Shown here in pieces: positions 1 to 12,789 of a DNA stretch of 64,000 nt. The notes under the pieces are model-generated. The model made no database searches. It was given only the letters and a program-made list of their open reading frames with translations, and had not been told where the DNA came from. Position numbers and translations under genes: made by a program. The stretch is taken from the NCBI GenBank assembly GCA_030704615.1, contig CM060731.1:2542001-2606000 (forward strand), written 5' to 3'. Source of the DNA: Takakia lepidozioides (Eukaryota > Plantae > Bryophyta). Position 1 is the stretch's first letter; each line of letters begins with the position of its first letter.

Positions 1-1600
1 ACTACAACATATGTGCCTAGATTCAACCCGGTGGTGGAGTTCTTCTAGGAGTTGCGGAGGAACTACCAAGGTGTACAGACAAAGAAGCTGCAAAGTTTGC
101 AAGACTTCCAGCGCAAACCCAGTGAGAGCTTGCGAGATGCCTACACTCGTATGAGGCGCTTGATAAGTGTGACCCAAGGGGTTACTGAAGCTCAGGCAAT
201 CCAGTTCTGGTATGGAATTTTGGACAAGGAGCTCAGGAGAAGGGTGCGGGATGCAACCCTGTTACAAGCAGCCCAACCCACATTAGCATATGTGTTTCTG
301 CTGGCTGAGCGGATTGAGCTCAACATGGTGGAGGAGCGAGTTGTTACCATTGGGTTTGGCAAGGACATGCCTGCACGAAGCGCAGCTGCCAGCCCACAGG
401 CACAAGGGACTGCCCAACAGCGTGGTCAGGGGGGCAAGGTTTCCCAACCCAAGTTCCATGGAGCTTACAGGGGACCTCAGGTGCAGAGGCCCGTGGCATT
501 TTGCAGGCCAACAGCAACCAGGGGTGATATGTTGGACATGTGGAGGACCCCATGTCAAGAGACATTGCCCAGAGAGTGGCAAAAGGCCGGCACAAACACA
601 ACCTGCACAGTTGCAGTGTGGGCATTGTGGCAAGTATGGGCATGGAGATGCCCAGTGTTATGACTTGTATCCTGAGTTGCGCCCAGGCCAGTTCCAAGGG
701 AATAATGGTGGCCGGGGGCGAGGTGGACCAGCCCAGAGAGGACGAGGTGGTCGGGCACGAGGTGCAGGCCAAGGGCAAGCTCAACATGGCCAAGGACGCG
801 GAGGTCAGGGTATTGACCAAGGCATGGCCAACCGGCTTCAGCAGCTAGAGCAGAGGCTCGCTGCCATGGCTACAGCTCAGGTGGTACCGGCTCCCAGGCG
901 GGATGGTCCACCTCCTGTTCCTGAGGGAGGAGATATGGAAGGCATGGGATTCATGTGCGGAGCAGCACTACCACTAGAGCAGGTGGAGTCTGCTGCAGCC
1001 GTGACTCGAGGAGCAGCACGAGTTCCTGAGCCACGAGGTGCAGAGGTGGAATTGGATCCACGGCGTGGGGAGGCAAGCCGTCAGGCGAGGCTTCCTCAGT
1101 CATTCACATTGGCGGAGACTGTGTCGACGCCATCCATGGCACCTAGTTCTCACCCGACTGTTACCGAGGCGGAGGTTACTATGCCATTGGGGAGAGCTAC
1201 ATGTGCAGCACTGACACCTGCTACCAAGGCTAGTGCAGCCGGTGTGTTATTGGGGGCAACCACCTCTGTGTGTCAAGCCCCACTGTTCTCGGCAACCATG
1301 ATTGCGACGCCGGGGGTAAGGCCAGCTGCAGTGTTCAGACTAGCAGCAACACTCTGTGAGATTGGGGAGGTCACTTCATCTTCTGCGGAGTTAGTGGAAG
1401 GTGTAGTGGCAGAGGGATCCTCGGATTTGAGGGTCAAGACTGCCACGACTGCGCCCTGGCGAGCTGCAGCTGCCAGGTTGACGGAACTGCCAGCTAGGCC
1501 AGCCTTTGAGCGCGCCATGGTGACACCTGGAGTTGTCTTGTTAGACAACCAGGATGGCATTTTCTCTTTGAGTGGACCGGCAGGCAAGAAGTACCGGCCA
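1..1600 (+). pseudogene. gag: Gag with two zinc knuckles (in-frame stop at 46-48, frameshift near 480)
   Basis: FQRKPSESLRDAYTRMRRL...FWYGIL gag core in ORF 52-663; knuckles and RGG-rich tract in ORF 290-1744. Confidence 0.8.
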
Positions 1601-1965
1601 CTGCGGGTCTTGTTGGACTCGGGAGCTCAGCCACTGATGTTGGGCAGGGCATTGCAGGTTTGGGCCTCATGGAGGCGGATATGGAGCCTTGTCCTTTCCA
1701 GATACAAACATCTTTGGGAGGATCAGAGCAGGCTCGGGGCATGACACGGCATCAGTTGGCCATTAGACTGCAGCCGGATCACCCTACAGATGGCTCAGTG
1801 ATGCAAGCCAAGGCCATTGTGACAGACGCGGTCTCTTACGATGTCCTCGTTGGTGGGGCAGTGTTATACCCCATGGGCTTCACCCTGGACTTTTGGGAGG
1901 AGTCAGCATTCTACAGGCCTGGATGGCAGTCAGGGGATGGTCATCGTGCACAGCTCCCTGTGACA
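1600..1965 (+). pseudogene. Retropepsin-type aspartic protease (frameshift near 1650)
   Basis: RVLLDSGAQ catalytic motif, then YDVLVGG in ORF 1660-2700. Confidence 0.8.
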
Positions 1966-2319
1966 TTCATTGGGGGTATTGCGGCTGCCCAACGGGGCAA
2001 GATGCCAACACTAGCCGCCTTTACAGCTGCAGTTAGTTGGCCTGGAGAGTTGCTGGAAGGCAATGCCCATGCAGAGGATGTGCCACCTCCAGCAGAGCAG
2101 GATGACATGCATGGTATGGTGGAGTTGCCTACCATGGTTGCTCACACTCCATTGTGGGGTACGAGCAAGGATTTGCAGCAGGTTGCTGATCGATGGGTGC
2201 AACAAGCCTGGGTAGAGGCTTTTGTACCGTCAGGAGAGGAGGAGAGTGCAGGTATTGCACCAGGACCACCTCAGTTGTCACCATTGGATACCACACCTAT
2301 TGTGTGGCAGTATCCGGAT

Positions 2320-3300
2320 AAAGGCATTTGCCTTCTGGACTTGTTTGGCGGGATCAACACCGGATTGGCTGTTGTGTTACAGGCAGGTGTGCGGGTAAGG
2401 CGTTACCTATATGTGGAGAGGGATGAGACTGCACGACGCGTCTCACTGCGCCATGTTGCTCAGTTGGTACAGCAGTACCCTACTTTGTTGCCAGTGTCTG
2501 CAGTTCGTGGATACCAACAAGCCTTGCCAGCAGACATTTCGTTGCTGGGGGCGCCGGATTTGGAGCAGGTTGGCTCCATTGATCTGGTAGTGGCAGGTTG
2601 GCCCTGCCAAGGGCATTCATCAGCCGGGCATGGCAATGGATTGCGAGACTCGAGGACGGGTCTGTTTTGGGAGATGGTGTGGATTTTGCGCCACTTGTAG
2701 CTTCATCAAGCTGTATCGCCAGCATACATCTTGGAGAATATGCCACTGATGGGCGATTCTCGGGCCAGGGTGATGGCCAGTGTGCATCAAGTCCGGTCGT
2801 GGCTTGGGTTAGCAGTGCTGCTGGATGCAGCTGCAGTGGGATCACGGGCTCATCGTCCACGGCTATGGTGGACTAACTTGATGCCACCCGCACTCCTCAA
2901 GCGTGCATTTGATGGGGTGCAGCGGCCAACACACCTCATAGTGGACAGCATTTTGGACACAGGGAGGCAGTCTCAACGTGTGAGACACGATGACCGTTCG
3001 CCTTTGGCAGTGGTCAACAGGGTGGGTCAACCACGAGCAGCATTACCTACACTACTTAGCTTCCCAGGATCCCATGCTTTTCGGGATGGTGGACCTGGCC
3101 TCCTGTGGGATGCTCAGTTGCAATAGTTAGTGGAGCCTAATGTCGAAGAGCGAGAGCGGGCTATGGGATTTTCCACTGGGACCACGACGGTGCCTTCTCT
3201 TTCTGAGGCATCACGTCGTCAAGTGTTGGGGCAAGCAATGGATCTCAATTGCTTGACCTGGATTATCAGCTTGGCTATGGCTGAGCAACGTAGAGTGCGG
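2320..3300 (+). pseudogene. Retrotransposon-encoded DNA (cytosine-5)-methyltransferase domain, two internal TAG stops
   Basis: Motifs in canonical order in one frame: I LLDLFGGINTG, II YVE, III DI, IV GWPCQG (catalytic PC), V DSRTGLF, VI LENMP, VIII AHRPRLWW, IX EERERAMGF, X LGQAMDL. Confidence 0.92.
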
Positions 3301-4499
3301 AGTGCACTTCCCTTGATGGTCTCTCTGCCTACCGAGACGGTACAGGCAGCGAGTGGGGGCGAGCCGGTGAGGACCACGGGGTGTAGACATCCATGGCACA
3401 CGTGGGAGGTGCTCGAGGTTCAGAGAGAGTTGGCAGCCAAGGCAGCTGTGATGGATGAGGTTGGGGATTCTTCTCGGGATGAGGAGGTTCTCAATGATGA
3501 GATGATGGGGCAGGATGAGGCCTTGTCATTGACTGAGCAGGAAGGGAATACTGCTCAAGAGGTTGCAGCATAGCAACCACGGGACGCGTCCTCTACCTCT
3601 AAGCCCACTGGACTTAAGGTTGCAGTTACGGAGGACAATTGGGAGCCTGACATTGGACCCATTGTCACCGGAGGAGAGAGACGACGTATACGGCGGTTCC
3701 TGAGGGCTTACAGGAATTGCTTTGCCTTCAGTTTGAAGGACTTGGGAGCACTGAAGGGTCAAGAGATCCGTATTACATTCAAATTAGAGACCGTCACGGC
3801 ACACCTGCATATGAGCAAGACTAAATGCCAACATACATGGTTGCCGGACATCACTTAAACTGTCATGGCCCAAATGTTCAAAACTGGTAACGTGAGTATC
3901 ATACACACTTCTATGAGTATCATTACACACCCAACAGGGACTACAAACATGAAATGTCACTTGATACTTTCACCTTTCCTCATACTCTTCTCTGGCCACA
4001 GAGTCACCGTGCCTTTCACGTGCGCTAGTGTGGTCTGGGGGGGGGCATCGTCCACATTTGGGCAAGGCAATGTAACACTTGGAAGCAGGATCTTGAGGAC
4101 TTTCACCTTGTACCACCCGGATCGAACTTACCAGGAAACAGAACATCCATCCGGGTTTTGCACATATCCAGTGGACATCTATTCACACAATCAGCAAATG
4201 GCTGTATGGCGGAGCCCAGCAACGGAGCCCCAAAAGGCCTAAAGACTCTCAATGTTGGTAAACACAGGTGCAGACACAATTCAATTGAAAGGATATTGCA
4301 GACCTAGCCTCGTTGGAGTTATCAACGCATATAGCAAATGCGTACTCCAACGCAGGTGCAATGACGTGACAAAGCAACATTTCCTTGACCTAAAAACTAG
4401 TCCCTCTGCACACAGTGGTAGACCCGAAGGTTTTTCCTTGATGTCCTCCCCCATGACACAAATTGAAAACATGTTCAGGGATGTTTTCTGCCTAACTTC

Positions 4500-5632
4500 A
4501 TTTTCTCCCCAATCATATCTCCTCTACGCTGATGATGTTGCCATTTTGGTACAATCCCCGGTCTTTCTGCAACGCCATATCAAAATTTTGGAACAGTTCT
4601 GCAAAGACTATGGGATGCAGGTCAATCTTATGAAGACCAAGATCATGGTCTTCAATGGCCAGGCTGATCGTAGATTCATCTTCAACCAGCAGGAAATTGA
4701 GATTGTCAAATCATACCGGTACCTAGGTCTGGTTATCCACTCCCCCAAGTTTCACTTTGCAGCCACTGCCTTGGACAGATTGACTAAAGGTAAGGCGGCC
4801 TCCGTCCGCCTTCACACCAAATGCAAGCAAATACATCTGCGGCATCCCCCGACCAAAAAGTGGTTGTTTGACACCGTCGTCAGCCCTGCTACCATCAATG
4901 GTTGTGAGTTTTGGGCACCTGATGTCCCTGTCTCTTGGTGGGAAAAGAATTTGGAACCATTACAGTCATCTTTTCTCCAAGCAATGCTTGGCGCGGAGCA
5001 CAACTCCATCTCAGATCCTAGGTGCAGCGTTCGCATGTGTACCATTGCAATCCGAGGCACAGTTCAGGCTTACAATCTTTCTCCATAGATTGCAGGCCCT
5101 TCCACCCAAAGGGCTAGTGGCAAGGGCCCTCACAACATCTATGAGGCTCAAAGCTGCAGGTTTCGGGAACTCCTGGTATGCTCGAGTGGACAGTTTATTG
5201 AAACGTAACGGACTTTCTACTGCTTTCCTATTACCAATGAACCCACATGAGGTGGACATCACATCCAGACATGACCGCAACAGACTCATTCGGAGAGAGC
5301 TTATGGAATTACATGTCAAGAGAACTTGGATGCTACCCAATCTCACAACAAAGCTCCACTTCTATCGAGAGACATTCTTGGTGCTCCGCGATGATAGAAT
5401 CTTCAGACCAAATTACCTTTCAGCACCCTTACCTCCTTCCCTCTTGAGGGCATTGGGGCGGTTCAGGGTGGGTTCCCACAACCTACGGATAGAGACTGGC
5501 AGATGGGAAAATCTGCAACGGGAGGACCGCCTATGTCCAGCTTGCATAGGGCGCAGCAAGGAAATTGAAACTGAAGAACACTTCTTCTTCTACTGCCCTG
5601 TATACTACGACATCCGTTTGAACAACTTTGTG
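4500..5632 (+). mobile_element. Non-LTR retrotransposon (LINE) ORF2 3' fragment: end of RT plus C-terminal Zn finger
   Basis: LLYADDV, VNLMKTKIMVF and YRYLG RT motifs. After a frameshift: RFRVGSHNLRIETGRW...LCPAC...ETEEHFFFYCPVY. Confidence 0.85.
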
Positions 5633-7715
5633 GATATGTGCATCCCAGTTTCAGTTTCAGGAGAACTCAACGCCCAGAAAACAAGAACACAAGTAGGGGT
5701 AGAACTCACCTCATGCGCAGCGGTTTTGTGCCGTTTGCGCACCTTTTGGAGAGACTCTGCAGATGGAGGTGCAATTTCCTCTGAACTGTCCTCCACCTCA
5801 TCGTCGTCGCCCATGCTATACTCGCTTGTGTCAAAATCCGAACTCGAAGACCGCCCACCGCTCTGCCTTCCCTCTCGCACCGACGCCATCTGTACTGGAT
5901 TCAGTCAAGCCAGGCGGGGGCTCCTTCGCACCGCGGGGTTGGAATGTGCAGAAGTGGGTGGAGGTGATGCTGCCTCGGTGGTCGAGCACTTCTTACTAGG
6001 CGTGGACATAGACCATGACAAAGATGAAGACGAGCGAGGACATAGACCATGACTAAGACAAAGACGAGCGAGGAAGACCAAGACATGCAAAGGAGGAAAG
6101 AAGGACAAGGAGGGGAGTGTGATCACACACCCCCCCGATCTGTAGTGAAGATCCGGCCGTTGTTGATTTCAAATATGAACACGTGTCGTGCATCCGACAC
6201 TATGGCCTTTTCGACTTTGAGACGTTAAACCCTAAACCACTTACAATCCTCCAGACAACTACATGTAGTGATTCACACAACTGACATGGATCCGTTAATT
6301 TTTTTTCGTTCAAAATTAGGCGAAGGAAACACACTGCAATGATGCTGTGTATGGCTCCGCTTTACATGCATTCTTGGAGAAAATGCGCATGATGTGTGAG
6401 AAGTGAACACAGTGCTCTGCCAAATGATTCACCAAAAACAAACTCAACTGTAGTGGTTCTCCCATCGCAGAGAAGGGTCCATTCGACACCCATCGCACCA
6501 TGCCAGGTTGAGGTCCTCACACACACACCTACACACCGAGAATTTGCGAACCCACATCAGCTGGGAGAACATGGAAATTACCCCGTGGATCACATGCAAG
6601 CATGAATGAGAAATGGGTTTATGTTACATGGGAGATTTTGGTGTACCTGCGCGACATGCAACTCTGTCTACATACTCCATAAGTCGCTGTCCCAAGACTC
6701 AAGCGGACAGGGGAGGCCGGTGAGTCTGTACCACAAATGGTAATCATACAGCAGAGGGTACTGCTGCCCAACGTGCAAAAGCCGCCGGCTGCAGGATTCT
6801 AGGCATGCAAACTCGGGCACAGCACGCCTCCTCTGCACCCCACTCCGTCCCAACCAGTGCAAAACAACCGTGCATGCATTGACTGCCCTCTGGCTTCTCT
6901 CCAGGCATTTGGGGGTCGGCGATCTACTACACGTAAGTGTCTTTGAATGCGATGATCAAAGGATCCGGTCACTTGCAGTTGCCGTCTCAAGGGCAGCATT
7001 GCAGGAATCAGAATTAAGTAAGAAAGATGGTGGAAGAAGCTGCAAACAGCAAATGAGTGAAGTGGCAGGGCGATGCTCCATTTTTAACATGCTCCCCTTC
7101 CCGCCATGGTGATAGACCCACACAAATGGACTCCCTTCCCGCCACGGTGCAATTTCACGGCAACGGAACGGGATTGTCCGCCGAAACGTGATTTGGAGAT
7201 GGCCTAAGACAAGTGGCGCAGGTTCTGGCCTTGTAGTCGGGTTGTTCACACTTCAATGCACACATTTCATACACATTCAACCATATGCCCAAGATCACAA
7301 CGTTGTCAATCGTGAAAATTGAAATTCCACGACGTCCTCCGATTCCTCACACACACACTGTAGAGACAGGTCGTTTTCCAGGATGTCGTTGTTTGAGTCG
7401 ATTTTGGTCATTTCTCTCAGTGTCTTGTTGAAAAGATTCTAGTTATGATGGGAAGCATCGTGATGGCTTTTAAATGGTTTGCTGTTGAGTGTAACTTTTC
7501 ATCATGTTGTGGAATCTATGAGTTCACACAAAATGTCAACTGTCTTCTCTGCCAAAGGATGTGCGGCTGAATCTTTCAAATTGAGATTGCAGGAGGAGGG
7601 AATTGACGGTAGTGAAATGGGAGTGGCAGAGCCAAATTGAGGAATCTCTGCAAAGGAGAATCCGGCCCCCTGCAACGGCGTGCACAAACAGCATTGAAGA
7701 GGCTCCCCAACAAAA

Positions 7716-10700
7716 ATGAGTTCCCCTCACCTATGCGGAGGACTTCCAATTAATCACCCCTGTAGACAGAACACCCGAGATGACAGGTTGTGGGAAAGAG
7801 AAGTGGCACGTGCCCGAGCCCTTGGGCTTTCAAGGATGCCATGCCCATGTGAATGTTGTTTGGGCACTACAAGTAGATCTGAGGACGGTGTGTGCACACA
7901 TCTCCTTCACCACAAAAGACATGAAGCATTTCGGGTGTGGATTGGAGATGGACCTGCAGACGAAGACGATGAGGAGTGGGCACAATTGGACAATGCACAC
8001 CCCGAGGGAGCCATACAGACAGGCCAGGCGAGGACTATGTCATGGGCACAGGACATGAACCAGGCATGGACGGAGGGGTGGAGATTACTCGAATGTTGCA
8101 GGAAGCATTCCACATCATGGACGATGCTGAAGAGGGGGACGGCGCTGCGACAACTGGGGATGGTGATGACGCAGGAAATGAAGGCATTCACGTGGGGGAA
8201 GGCGTGGAAGGAGGTGGAGATGGAGAATTGAATTCTGCACACATGACACTAGAAGAAGCATGTGTGCCACTGTACGAGGGATGCAAATCCACAAAGCTTG
8301 CTGCCACCATGCTGTTGATGAACCTGTGCACAACCCACGGTGTCTCAGACCATTTTGTGGACGAGTTGTTCTCTTTGCTTCGGCTGAACTTGCTTCCACA
8401 ACCAAATGAAATGCCAAAAAGCTGTCACATGGCCAACCAAATGATTGGGAAGCTCGGCCTCAACTACGTGAAAATACATGCATGTCCAAAAGGACATGTA
8501 CTTTTCAGAAGAGAGTACAAGGATGCTATGGAGTGCCCCAAATGCGGTGCAGCCCGATACCATGATGTGGGCAGGTTACAACAGCCAGCCAAGGTGTTGA
8601 GGCACTTTCCCCTTATCCCCCGTCTATTACGAATGTACAAATGCAAGACCATTAGTGAGCTCATGACTTGGCATTCCAGGAATGCCTCAAACGATGGTTT
8701 GGTAAGGCATGTCCCAGATTCCCTTGCATGGAAGCATATAGATGCAACTTGGCCCGATTTTGCCGAGGACCCACGCAATGTGCGATTGGCTGTATCTACG
8801 GATGGAGTAAACCCATACGGATCAAAGAGTTGCACATGGTCCACATGGCCCGTGCAGTTGGTGGCATACAACCTGCCACCATGGTTGACAACAAAGAAAT
8901 TCTTTGTCATGTTGTCTCTCTTGATTCCAGGCAAGGAGTCCGTGACAAATGCAAACATAGATGTGTATTTGCAACCATTGATTGAAGAGCTACAGGAACT
9001 ATGGATTGGAGTTGAAGCTTACGACATTTTGAAACCAGTAGGGCAACGGAGTTTCACCCTCCGTGCCATACTCATGTGGTCAATCCACGATTTCCCCGCA
9101 TATGGCCTTGTTGCGGGTTGCAAGACGAAGGGCTACAAAGGGTGCCCCATTTGTGGGCCCTATGTGGATTCACGGCACTCAAAGCCACTAGGGAAGACAA
9201 TATACATGGGGCATCGACGTTACCTTGCAAGAAACCACCCCTACCGACGAGCAGGAAGGCACTTCAATGGATGTGTTGAAAAGAGAATGGCACCAAATGT
9301 TGTGACACCGGAGGAGACATTGCAATTTGCAAAGGAGAAAGAGGCATTCATGGAGATTGGAGGGAGAGATGGAAGTAGTGCGGATCCAGCCATGGAGCAC
9401 GGGGTGAAGCGCCGGACAATCCTTTGGGATTTGCCATACTGGAAGGTGCATGAATCCCCCCCCCCCCCCATTCACTCACTTTCTTTCACATTGTGCTTCC
9501 TGGAATTACCTTTACTGTCAGGAGTCCTTCCACCAACTCCTAAGTCAGTGTAACTACTATGCAGTAGATGTTGAAGTCGTACACATCATTGTGGAGAGGA
9601 TCGTGGAGTTGTTGAAAGCAGAATGTAGTAACATGGACAACTTCTGCCACATATTCTACTTTTTTTGCCCATAGAACTTGGTCTCTTGGGAGGACATTTG
9701 GCATTTCAGAACCTCTTGCAGCGGTACCTCCTGGACCCCATGCATTGTGAGAAGAACTTCTGCGAGAACATTCTGAAGACTATCTTTGGGGAGAAGGATA
9801 CGATAAACGTACGAAAGGACATGGAGATTGAAGGGATACGGTCACATCTGTGGCTAAGGCCTGATCCAAATAGACCAGGCAAAGTGCTCATGCCAGCAGC
9901 ATCATACGTCCTGACCAAATCAGAGCAAGAGGATTTTTTGAAGACATTGGGAGCCATGAACGTGCCAACCGGATTTTCGGGTGCTTTCCAAAAGCATGCC
10001 ATAAACAAGAAATGGTCGGGGATGAAGTCACATGATCTACACGTGATGATGCAACAGATTTTGCCAGTGTGCATTCGGGGTACGATGGCGCCAGGTCCTC
10101 GAACAGCCATAATGCGTGTAAGTCGAGTGTTTAGGAAGATTTGTGCGAAGGTGTGGGATCCGAGGGACATTACATCGTTGCATGAGGATGTGGCTATGAC
10201 CCTATGTTTGCTGGAGAAAGAATTCCCTCCATCATTCTTTGACGTCATGACGCACTTGCTAGTGCATCTTGTAGAGGAGTTGCATGTGTGTGGGCCCGTA
10301 GCCAGCCGGTGGATGTACCCCATGGAGAGGTACATGAAGGATCTGAAGGGGTATGTACGCAACATGGCACGGCCAGAGGGGAGTATGGCGGAGGGCTACA
10401 TCCGCGACGAAGCCCTGGGCTTCATGACAGAGTATATGTCTTCATTTGATGCAATACAACGACGGGTGTGGGACGAGAACGAGGAAGAAGGAGTTGTAGG
10501 CGAGGTCCTAGAAGGTGGTGGAACAAAGCGTGCCATCGGGATGTGGCACATGATTATGTGCTGAACAACACAACAACCATGACACCATGGAGACAGTGGG
10601 TGCCAACTTACATCCCTCCTGTGCTATTCTTAATGGTCTTTGTATGCTGGAATTACATATATATTGTCACAAGTCATTCCGGCCACTATGGGAGTGGGAT

Positions 10701-10926
10701 TGTGTACTAACAGGGTGCTTCAGACGACTACAAAGGGTGTTTCATAGATCTTGGTTGTTGCTTGCAAGTGATTATGAAGTAGGCTGCATCACTACAGTGT
10801 GCTTGAAAGGACACACACTCTGCATGTGGCATGCATGTACAGCACGGTGTTGGTCAGGGGGACTGAGTTGCAGCTTCTATTTGGTTTCTGCCAGAAAGTA
10901 CGCAGCGGAGAAGGTCCGCCTGAAAA
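7716..10926 (+). pseudogene. CACTA (En/Spm) transposase, 5' part: transposase-associated Zn domain, Transposase_21, DUF4218; intron-containing
   Basis: CPCECC...HLL; HACP...CPKCG..RY; STDGVNPY; DFPAYG; GCPICG; DPMHCEKN; MKSHDLH; FFDVMTHLLVHL; RWMYPMERYM; RPEGSMAEGY. Probable introns at ~9445-9710 and ~10600-10894. Confidence 0.92.
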
Positions 10927-11099
10927 GGGGGCTGCTATTTCATGAGCGGCATGAGCATGAGCGGAAAAAAAAAAAAAACATGAGCAGACCATTGTAAGTC
11001 CACGGAAATAGGGTTAGGAGGCACGGAAATAGGGTCATGTGAAGTTGGAATGTGGCACCAGTGGACTTGAAATGCAACATTTTATTGCATTTACTTGTC

Positions 11100-12569
11100 G
11101 AAAATGGCTAAGTCCCAGATCTGACTAGGCCCGGAACTGGAAAAATGGCGCCGAATTTCCGATTTTGGTGCCAGTCAGATCTGGGACTTAGCCATTTTAG
11201 GCCCCGAACTAGAACAATGGCGTTTTTTTTTTTTTTTTTTTTTTTTCGGTGCCATTTTACCAGTTCGGGGCCTTAAATGGCTAAGTCCCAAATCTGACTG
11301 GGCCCGGAACTGGAAAAATGGCGCCGAATTTCCGATTTTGGTGCCAGCCATTCTAGGGACTTAGCCATTTTCGGCCCTGAAAGTACCCACTGGCTATGCC
11401 TCTGCTTTCAAAAAACATGTGGTCAAACAAAAGTTGAGCCAATTGAAGTCGCTCTAGTACTTGAGATGGAGAGTGGGTGAGGTCTGTATGGTGGAGTCTT
11501 TTAGCAAAGGTGCCATTGGCTTGACTTATATAACGTGATAGAATGGTTTCTCCTCTTTTCACCATTTCCGTATCACTAGAAGAAGATCTGCTTACATCTA
11601 TAAGTGCAAGGTGTTAGCATAGTTAACACTTGTGTGTGGAAAAGAGCTTGATAGATAGCTCTTAAGTTACAAGCTGTTGCAGGGTTTGCAAGAAGAAAGT
11701 CTTGTGGTGTTTATGTACAAGAGGAGGTCTTCAAGAAGAGCATCATTGAAAGTTTGAGAGCTTGTGAAGAAGCTCTTGTTCTGCAAGTGTTGCAGGGTTT
11801 GAGGAGTTCAAGAAGAGCTCGGGTGTTAAGGAAGCAAGTGGTGCATGTGTGGAGTATGGTTTCAGCTTGTGGGAGTCTTCAACTTCCATTTTTCCTGTTC
11901 GGGGCCGAAAATGGCTAAGTCCCAGATTTGACTGGGCCCAGAACTGGAAAAATGGCGCCGAATTTCCGATTTTGGGTGCCAGTCAGATCTGGGACTTAGC
12001 CGTTTTTAGCCCGGAACAAGAAAAATATCGTTTTTTTTTTTTTTTTTTTTTTTTTTCGGCGCGATTTAACCAGTTCGGGGCCGAAAATGGCTAAGTCCCA
12101 GATCTGACTGGGCCCAGAAATGGAAAAATGGCGCCGAATTTCCGATTTTGGGTGCCAGTCAGATCTGGGACTAAGCCGTTTTCGGCCCCGAACTGGAAAA
12201 ATGGCGTTTTTTTTTTTTTTTTTTTCCGGCGCCTTTTTTCCATTTCGTTGCCGAAAATGGCTAAGTCCCAGATCTGACTGGCACAAAAATCGGAAAATTC
12301 GGCGCCATTTTTCCAGTCATGCAGGTAATTCCAAGAGCGGATGGATGGAAATCCGGCGCCGGATTTCCATCCACCAGGTAAGTCGGCGAGCAAAATTTCC
12401 GTCATGCAGGTAATTCGAAGAGCAGATGGATGAAAATCCGGCGCCGGATTTCCATCCATCCGCTCTTCGAATTACCTGCATGACTGGAAAAATGGTGCCG
12501 AATTTCCGATTTTGGGTGCCAGTCAGATCTGGGACTTAGCCGTTTTCGGCCCCGACATGGAAAAATGGC

Positions 12570-12601
<32 letters not shown>

Positions 12602-12700
12602 GCGCCATTTTTCCATTTCGGGGCCGAAAATGGCTAAGTCCCAGATCTGACTTGCACCAAAATCGGAAATTCGGCGCCATTTTTCCAGTCATGCAGGTAA
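11100..12700. repeat. Fold-back repeat units (AAAATGGCTAAGTCCCAGATCTGACTGG ... its reverse complement) separated by poly-T runs
   Basis: About 10 copies in both orientations, each pair flanking a GGCGCCGAATTTCC core; T16-T32 runs at 11224, 12030, 12206, 12571. Confidence 0.9.
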
Positions 12701-12789
12701 TTCCAAGAGCGGATGGATGGAAATCCGGCGCCGAATTTCCATTCGCCAGCTAGGTCGGCACGCAAAATTTCCGTCATGCAGGTAATTCG

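Larger units (their letters stand above)
1..3780 (+). mobile_element. Ty3/Gypsy LTR-retrotransposon internal fragment: gag - protease - C5 DNA methyltransferase - pre-RT linker; truncated at ~3780
   Basis: Retrotransposon-gag-like ORF 52-663, two Zn knuckles (CWTCGGPHVKRHC, CGHCGKYGHGDAQC), protease LLDSGAQ, then MTase motifs. In the same frame after the TAG at 3571 it reads FLRAYRNCFAFSLKDLGALKGQEIRIT, the segment that precedes Gypsy RT. Confidence 0.88.

Noticed and set aside
1-10. ACTACAAC as a CACTA left terminus
   Set aside because: It is in frame with the gag coding sequence and lacks subterminal repeats.
2320-3300. Host DRM/DNMT3 gene or bacterial restriction-modification contamination
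   Set aside because: Intronless and in frame with retroelement protease and pre-RT sequence; no endonuclease partner.
4868-6052. 394-aa ORF as a single protein
   Set aside because: Chimeric read-through of a LINE end into unrelated sequence at ~5632.
6141-6270. TGTAGTG motifs as CACTA ends
   Set aside because: Wrong orientation for a left end of the downstream transposase, and no subterminal repeat block.
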